Part shown: one piece after another, positions 58,828 through 64,000 of the stretch
Layout of the letters: each line of letters starts with the position of its first letter
How positions within the stretch are numbered: the stretch's first letter is position 1
From: a candidate division WWE3 bacterium
GTDB lineage: Bacteria; Patescibacteriota; WWE3; 2-01-FULL-39-13
Direction of reading: 5' to 3'
NCBI GenBank assembly: GCA_943354835.1
Contig: CALRDH010000003.1
Span: 12,939 to 76,938, forward strand
Length of the DNA stretch: 64,000 nucleotides
The notes under the pieces: model-generated
Database searches by the model: none
What the model was told of the DNA's origin: nothing
Seen by the model: only the letters and a program-made list of their open reading frames with translations
Made by a program: the position numbers and the translations under genes

Positions 58828-60534
58828 ATGAAAAAAAATACATTGCAAATAATTATAGACGCACTTTCGAAATTAGATAATACATCCGAAAAAGAGATAC
58901 TTAAAATACTGCGCGAAAACACAAAAGTAGGTGGCGGATTGTACTCAAAAAGCGAAATCTTAGCAGAAATTGAAAAGCTAAATAATCCACTTTATAAAAA
59001 GCTTGTACCTATAATAAAAATGAAATCCACTCGAACAATTTCTGGAGTTACTCCTGTTACCGTTTTAACAAAGCCTTTTCCTTGCCCTGGAAAATGCATT
59101 TTTTGCCCAAACGATGTTCGAATGCCAAAAAGCTACCTTTCAGACGAACCCGGCGCTCAACGTGCAGAAAAAAATCACTTTGATCCATATGCTCAAACTT
59201 TTAACCGACTTTTAGCTTACAAAAATATTGGACACCCAACAGATAAAGTTGAACTCATAATATTAGGCGGAACGTGGACATCTTATCCCGAAACTTATCA
59301 AATTTGGTACATAAAAAGATGCTTTGATGCTATGAATGATTTCAAAAACGCTGATGATACAACTTATAAATCAAAGCTCGAAATTCCATATGAAGAAAAA
59401 TCAATTCACGAAATAAACGGCGAAAAAATTACTGATTCATATAATAAAATCGTTTCGCAAGCAATAATCCCGATGCAATCTCAAGCCAAAACCGAAAGTG
59501 CAACATGGAAAGAACTCTTTGCTGTTCAAATTCAAAATGAAAATGAAAAAACTCGTTGCATTGGACTTGTAATAGAAACTAGACCTGATGAAATCACAGA
59601 ATCAGAAGTTATCAGAATTAGAAAACTTGGCGCAACAAAAGTTCAAATTGGTTTTCAAAGTCTAAACGATGAAGTTTTAAAGTTGAATCATCGCGGACAC
59701 GATGTTGCCACAACAAGAAACGCAGTAAAACTTTTACGCCTTGCTGGTTTTAAAATCCATGCACACTGGATGCCAAATCTGTATGGTTCTGATCCAAAAT
59801 CAGATGTAGAAGATTTCAAAAAAATGTTTAGTGATCCTGATTTTATGCCAGATGAATTAAAAATTTATCCGTGCTCGCTAATTCAAAGTGCTGAACTTAT
59901 GCAATATTACAAAAAAGGTTTATGGAAACCTTATACATTCGAAGAATTATCTTATGTTTTGGAAGAATGCTATAAATTAACTCCTGAATATTGCAGAATA
60001 ACAAGAATGATAAGAGATATCGGATCTCAAGACATTGTTGCTGGAAATAAAAAAACAAACTTTAGACAAATTATTGAACTAAATCTTAAAAAGCAAAAAG
60101 CTGAAATAAAAGAAATCAGATATAGAGAAATCAGAGGCGACGTTGTTGAGGCAGATGAATTAAACATAAAACAAACAAAATATGAGACTTCTGTCTCGAC
60201 AGAATACTTTCTGGAATACATTACCGACAAAAATAAAATCGCAGGATTTCTAAGGCTCTCAATTCCAAAAGTCGAAAACTATATTAGTGATCTAAAAAAC
60301 GCAGCCATAATTCGCGAAGTTCACATTTATGGACAAAGCATAAAAATCGGACAAAAAGACGAAGGCAAAGCCCAACACCTAGGACTTGGAAAAAAATTAA
60401 TCTTGCTTTCCAAAGAACTTACAAAACAAAATGGATTTGATAAACTAGCTGTAATATCATCAATTGGAACGCGTGAATACTACAAAAAACAAGGCTTCGA
60501 GATGAAAGAAGTATACCAAATAGCTGAAATTTAA
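58828..60534 (+). CDS. elp3: Elp3 radical SAM/GNAT tRNA U34 carboxymethylase
   Basis: RTISGV, PCPGKCIFCP, PKSY..EP, GGT, ETRPD, LKIYP, REVHIYG, QHLGLG, ISSIGTREYY. Confidence 0.95.
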   Translation: MKKNTLQIIIDALSKLDNTSEKEILKILRENTKVGGGLYSKSEILAEIEKLNNPLYKKLVPIIKMKSTRTISGVTPVTVLTKPFPCPGKCIFCPNDVRMPKSYLSDEPGAQRAEKNHFDPYAQTFNRLLAYKNIGHPTDKVELIILGGTWTSYPETYQIWYIKRCFDAMNDFKNADDTTYKSKLEIPYEEKSIHEINGEKITDSYNKIVSQAIIPMQSQAKTESATWKELFAVQIQNENEKTRCIGLVIETRPDEITESEVIRIRKLGATKVQIGFQSLNDEVLKLNHRGHDVATTRNAVKLLRLAGFKIHAHWMPNLYGSDPKSDVEDFKKMFSDPDFMPDELKIYPCSLIQSAELMQYYKKGLWKPYTFEELSYVLEECYKLTPEYCRITRMIRDIGSQDIVAGNKKTNFRQIIELNLKKQKAEIKEIRYREIRGDVVEADELNIKQTKYETSVSTEYFLEYITDKNKIAGFLRLSIPKVENYISDLKNAAIIREVHIYGQSIKIGQKDEGKAQHLGLGKKLILLSKELTKQNGFDKLAVISSIGTREYYKKQGFEMKEVYQIAEI

Positions 60535-60536
60535 AA

Positions 60537-62279
60537 ATGCAAATTTCTGATCCAACACTGGGAAACAACGAACAGATAGCAACAATTTTACCAACAAATA
60601 CAGAACCACGATCAGAACGTTTTCAAAGATTCTTTCGTGAAAATGTTACAGGAGCATTCACAGAAAAAGAGCGGTTACAAAACGAAACTCACGTTGCAAG
60701 ATTTTGCGATACTTTTTTAAGACACCTTTCACCTTTCGAAAGAGTAGAAAAAGCAGAAGACATAAATAGTACAATGGTAAGTTTTGTAAATTGGGAAAAA
60801 CAGCAAGGAAGAGGACAGGTTGGTAGATGGATCGGTGGACAGGTCATGCAAATTGATAGAACTGATAATGTATATGACGTTATTGCACATGAAAGCATGC
60901 ATGTTCTACAAAATAACGGCACGTTACCACCAAACCATCCAATCACATATTCAATAAACGAACTTTTATTAGCGCAAAGAGGATCGATTCCAGTGTATCC
61001 ATCTGAAAGTAGTGAATTTGCAGCTATTAAATCAGAATATAAATCAAAATCAGCAAATGATTATTTTAACGAGGTTCTATCTGGAGGAAAAAATCTTCCA
61101 AAATGGTTTTGGGGCGGATGGAGACTAGACTTATCTGATGAAAGATACCAAAATATAGACCCACGAGACACAAGTTTACGAGATTTCAAAAGATTTTTAG
61201 AAATAGAAAAAGAAATAGAACCTGAAATACTAGCATGGGGCGAGGTTTCTCTTGACATTATGGGAGTAAAAGACGTCTATACAACCATAGCGAATATTGG
61301 AACATCAAGAGGCCTTCGTGCGTTTGGAGTCGGACATTTCACAGGTGATCCAAAAAATGCATGGACAGTTTTATGGCTTAACGCAACAGGGATGAAATTT
61401 GAAGATGCAGAAAGACTAGTTGTACAAAAATATCTTGATGGAACATTATCAGATTTTGATATAAAAAACCCAATAGAAGGAAAAGACTTCAAAAGGATAA
61501 AAACAGGAGAGGAAATATATAAAACGAGAAAATTAGATCAATCACCGATTGAAAGAACAGCTAACAAATATAAATTTCAAATTGAACAATATTTAAGGTT
61601 AGTAAAAAGGTCATTTAGGCAATTGCCACAAGAAGAGCTAGACAATAGGTATTCCTTATTTAGTGAATGGATATCATCAAACAAAGTAAAAGACACCGAA
61701 ACATCAGAGGTTTTTTTGGTAATGGATGAAATAACAAATCAAATGGATTTTGAGTTAAAAGAATCAGTAGAAGATAAAGTCGAGAAATCTGGAAAAATTT
61801 TTGCGTCTCATGACAGAAGTGGCACACGCAGAAAATTATCAATACCAAAAGTGATCCCTGGGAAAGAGTTTTCGACCAATCCCCCAGAATTCGAAACCGT
61901 TCTAACGGAAGAAGTCGGTATTTTCCACACACATATTTATCATGGATCCCCTCCTTCGATAATTGATTTACTAAATTTTATAGACGCTCCGGATAAATTT
62001 ATTTCTGTAATGGCCACACCTGAAAAAGATTACGTCTTTGTAAAGACTGACAAAGAATGTATTGATCGGAACAACAATAATAATAAAGGAAGCAAATTTA
62101 GAAATAGGGTTGGCCTTGCAAAATCATATATGCAGAGACTTTATAAAGGTGAAGACTCAGAAAAAGTAATCATAGAAATGGCAAAACTTGAAGGAATGGA
62201 AGTATTTATTAAAAATAAACCAAGTATTTCACGTCTAAGACAATCCAATCTAGGAATAATTCAATTCAAGAAGGTCTAA
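60537..62279 (+). CDS. Hypothetical protein with HExxH and JAB-like HxH..SxxD motifs
   Basis: IAHESMHV near the N-terminus; FHTHIYHGSPPSIIDL near the C-terminus. Confidence 0.65.
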   Translation: MQISDPTLGNNEQIATILPTNTEPRSERFQRFFRENVTGAFTEKERLQNETHVARFCDTFLRHLSPFERVEKAEDINSTMVSFVNWEKQQGRGQVGRWIGGQVMQIDRTDNVYDVIAHESMHVLQNNGTLPPNHPITYSINELLLAQRGSIPVYPSESSEFAAIKSEYKSKSANDYFNEVLSGGKNLPKWFWGGWRLDLSDERYQNIDPRDTSLRDFKRFLEIEKEIEPEILAWGEVSLDIMGVKDVYTTIANIGTSRGLRAFGVGHFTGDPKNAWTVLWLNATGMKFEDAERLVVQKYLDGTLSDFDIKNPIEGKDFKRIKTGEEIYKTRKLDQSPIERTANKYKFQIEQYLRLVKRSFRQLPQEELDNRYSLFSEWISSNKVKDTETSEVFLVMDEITNQMDFELKESVEDKVEKSGKIFASHDRSGTRRKLSIPKVIPGKEFSTNPPEFETVLTEEVGIFHTHIYHGSPPSIIDLLNFIDAPDKFISVMATPEKDYVFVKTDKECIDRNNNNNKGSKFRNRVGLAKSYMQRLYKGEDSEKVIIEMAKLEGMEVFIKNKPSISRLRQSNLGIIQFKKV

Positions 62280-62756
62280 TTTAACTCCATTCTTTTCTAA
62301 AAACTCAATCCCACTTTCATCTGTGTGTTTTGATATGTAGTAGATTTTTTTGATGCCGGCTTGGATTATGGTTTTTGCGCATATGTAGCATGGTGAGTTT
62401 GTTAGGAATATTGTCATTTCTGATGTTTCAATTCCGTATTTTGCACATTTGGCAATTAGGTTTGCTTCAGCATGTATGGAACAAACTTTTTGGAATTCCC
62501 TACCCTTTAGGTTTTCAGTTTGCCTTATGCAGCTTCCGTTTTGGCAGAAAATTTCGCCTTTTAGAGTTTCGTTCCAGGTTTTTAAATAAATGAAGCCATC
62601 TTTTCTTCTAAATTGCGGGTCTTTGGGGGCATCTGGCGAAATTTTCTGCCCTTCGTCTTTTACGACTCCAACACATCCAATTTTATATCCACATGTAGAA
62701 TTCCCCGCAATAAAAGCAGCCTTTTTCAAAAAATCATTTATTTGAGTTGCATTCAT
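62250..62756 (-). CDS. dCMP deaminase family protein
   Basis: STC..IGC, IHAEANLI, SPCYIC..IIQAGIKKI; start moved to MNATQ. Confidence 0.92.
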   Translation of the reverse strand: MNATQINDFLKKAAFIAGNSTCGYKIGCVGVVKDEGQKISPDAPKDPQFRRKDGFIYLKTWNETLKGEIFCQNGSCIRQTENLKGREFQKVCSIHAEANLIAKCAKYGIETSEMTIFLTNSPCYICAKTIIQAGIKKIYYISKHTDESGIEFLEKNGVKLDLLELNYS

Positions 62757-63201
62757 TACGAAGCCTTTCAGCAAGTTCAATTGGAGGAATAGTGAGATCC
62801 TGATAATTCCAATTAACAATCTCCTTTTTGTAAGGTAAAACCAACATGTGACAATGTGGAACCGTCTTTTGAGCTTTAAAGCCATTAGGAGCTCTGAACA
62901 AAAGCCAAATTTCTTCTATACCAAGTTCTTTTCTTAATAATTTAATTCCAAGCTCGGCTAAATCTCTCATATCGGCCCAAACTTTAGGATCAACTTCTAA
63001 AAAATCCTCGACATGATTAATTGGAATTACAAGCAAATGTCCATCAATATAAGGAAACAGATTAACTGTTAAAACTGCACTCGCGTTTTTTGCGACTATG
63101 TATTTATCCTTTAGATCGCAAAAAACGCACTTCCCTGTATTCGTCCAAATATCTTTATATCTTCCAGTCTTTCTTGCATTAAAATCCGAATAATCTGGCA
63201 T
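62734..63201 (-). CDS. HIT family protein
   Basis: CVFC, NLFPYIDGHLLVIP, TVPHCHML. Confidence 0.88.
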   Translation of the reverse strand: MPDYSDFNARKTGRYKDIWTNTGKCVFCDLKDKYIVAKNASAVLTVNLFPYIDGHLLVIPINHVEDFLEVDPKVWADMRDLAELGIKLLRKELGIEEIWLLFRAPNGFKAQKTVPHCHMLVLPYKKEIVNWNYQDLTIPPIELAERLRNECNSNK

Positions 63202-63247
63202 AATTAAAATATAACATGTAACCGAAATGTAGTATTATTCGTTATGT

Positions 63248-63502
63248 ATGACAAAAAAGGCCCAAGAAGAACTACTTGAAAACTTCAAACAAAAACGTAT
63301 CAAAGCATTTTTCATAATATTAGGCGTAACCGTCTCTGTAATTTTACTTTCAATACTCATCGGATACGTAATAGATACAATCTTTCACACAGAATATTAT
63401 GGAATTATTATCGCATTGATAGTATCATTTCCTCTTGTTCAATTAATTTTATTTAAAACGCTAAAAGGATTATGCAAGAAATCTCCCTCGTCCCAGAAGT
63501 AA
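63248..63502 (+). CDS. AtpZ/AtpI-family small membrane protein
   Basis: IGYVIDTIFHT motif; first gene before atpB. Confidence 0.8.
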   Translation: MTKKAQEELLENFKQKRIKAFFIILGVTVSVILLSILIGYVIDTIFHTEYYGIIIALIVSFPLVQLILFKTLKGLCKKSPSSQK

Positions 63503-64000
63503 TTTTCAAAATCGGAAACTTCGACGTTAATAACGCTGTATTTGCAACGCTATTTGTTACGATCATAATTCTCACAATCGCTTTTCTAACTACTAGAAAA
63601 TTGAGCTTGATTCCAAGCTACTTCCAAATCGCTATCGAAGGCATGGTTTCATTTTTCTACACAATGCTACTCGACACATACGGAAACAAAAAACTTGCAA
63701 AAAGCCACACAGCATTAATCGTCAGTCTTTTTCTTTTTGTTTTAATTTCAAATCAATTTAGCTTTATTCCTCTTGTACAAAGTATCACCATAAATGGAAT
63801 TATTGGATTTAAGCCTCCAACCGCGCATCTTTCACAAACCGTAGCATTAGCAATCATTGTTGTTGGATTCTCTCACTATCTAGGATTTAAATTATCTCCA
63901 CTTAAACATATTGGACATTACATAAAATTAGAATCAGTACTTAAAATTCGAAAACCTGGCGATATTGGAATGGCATTTCTTGATATTTTCCTTGGAATTC
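63472..64000 (+). CDS. atpB: F0F1 ATP synthase subunit a, partial at window edge
   Basis: MQEISLVPEVIFKIG..IPSYFQIAIE..FLFVLISN..IP..PPTAHL; open to window end. Confidence 0.92.
   Translation, partial: MQEISLVPEVIFKIGNFDVNNAVFATLFVTIIILTIAFLTTRKLSLIPSYFQIAIEGMVSFFYTMLLDTYGNKKLAKSHTALIVSLFLFVLISNQFSFIPLVQSITINGIIGFKPPTAHLSQTVALAIIVVGFSHYLGFKLSPLKHIGHYIKLESVLKIRKPGDIGMAFLDIFLGI

Noticed and set aside
58738-58848. Long overlap of the track's Elp3 and MTase N-termini
   Set aside because: Artefact of upstream TTG starts; ATGs at 58828 and 58827/58824 fit better
1089-62593. Many 60-190 aa ORFs antisense or out of frame within long genes (e.g. 1901-2302, 32034-32408, 40982-41542, 54188-54592)
   Set aside because: Shadow ORFs of well-supported genes with no motifs
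1-64000. Alternative genetic code (TGA read-through)
   Set aside because: Conserved genes are full length in code 11 and several end in TGA (e.g. rarA, gatB)

Overview
AT-rich bacterial chromosomal window whose gene content and promoter style suggest a CPR/Patescibacteria genome (inference; the exact lineage cannot be fixed from this window). The core backbone includes rarA-tsaE-tsaD, tRNA-His, cell-envelope glycosyltransferases, two Clp ATPases, rplS, dnaE, pyrG, gatCAB, htpX-lemA, an MtrA-like/ThyA fusion, elp3 and the start of the atp operon. Many genes look leaderless, with a -10 box 6-7 nt before the start codon. Two probable tRNA-targeted islands are visible. The first (1-~12201) ends in a tRNA-Gln-like 3' remnant and carries a type I HsdR end, an Rx4H (HEPN-like) gene and an unusual NUDIX/CYTH-GT2/GT4/HPrK-like/methyltransferase/NDK-like cluster. 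The second (~19532-22596) sits right behind tRNA-His and carries only a tandem GGDEF-like protein and a NUDIX-domain protein. Other notable items are an elp3 gene placed head-to-head with zero spacer against a Trm9/ALKBH8-like methyltransferase, a 46-bp repeat bracketing a DHFR-like cassette, large palindromes in front of an AAA-wHTH gene, and three apparent single-base frameshifts. All family calls are by-eye motif recognition, not database searches.
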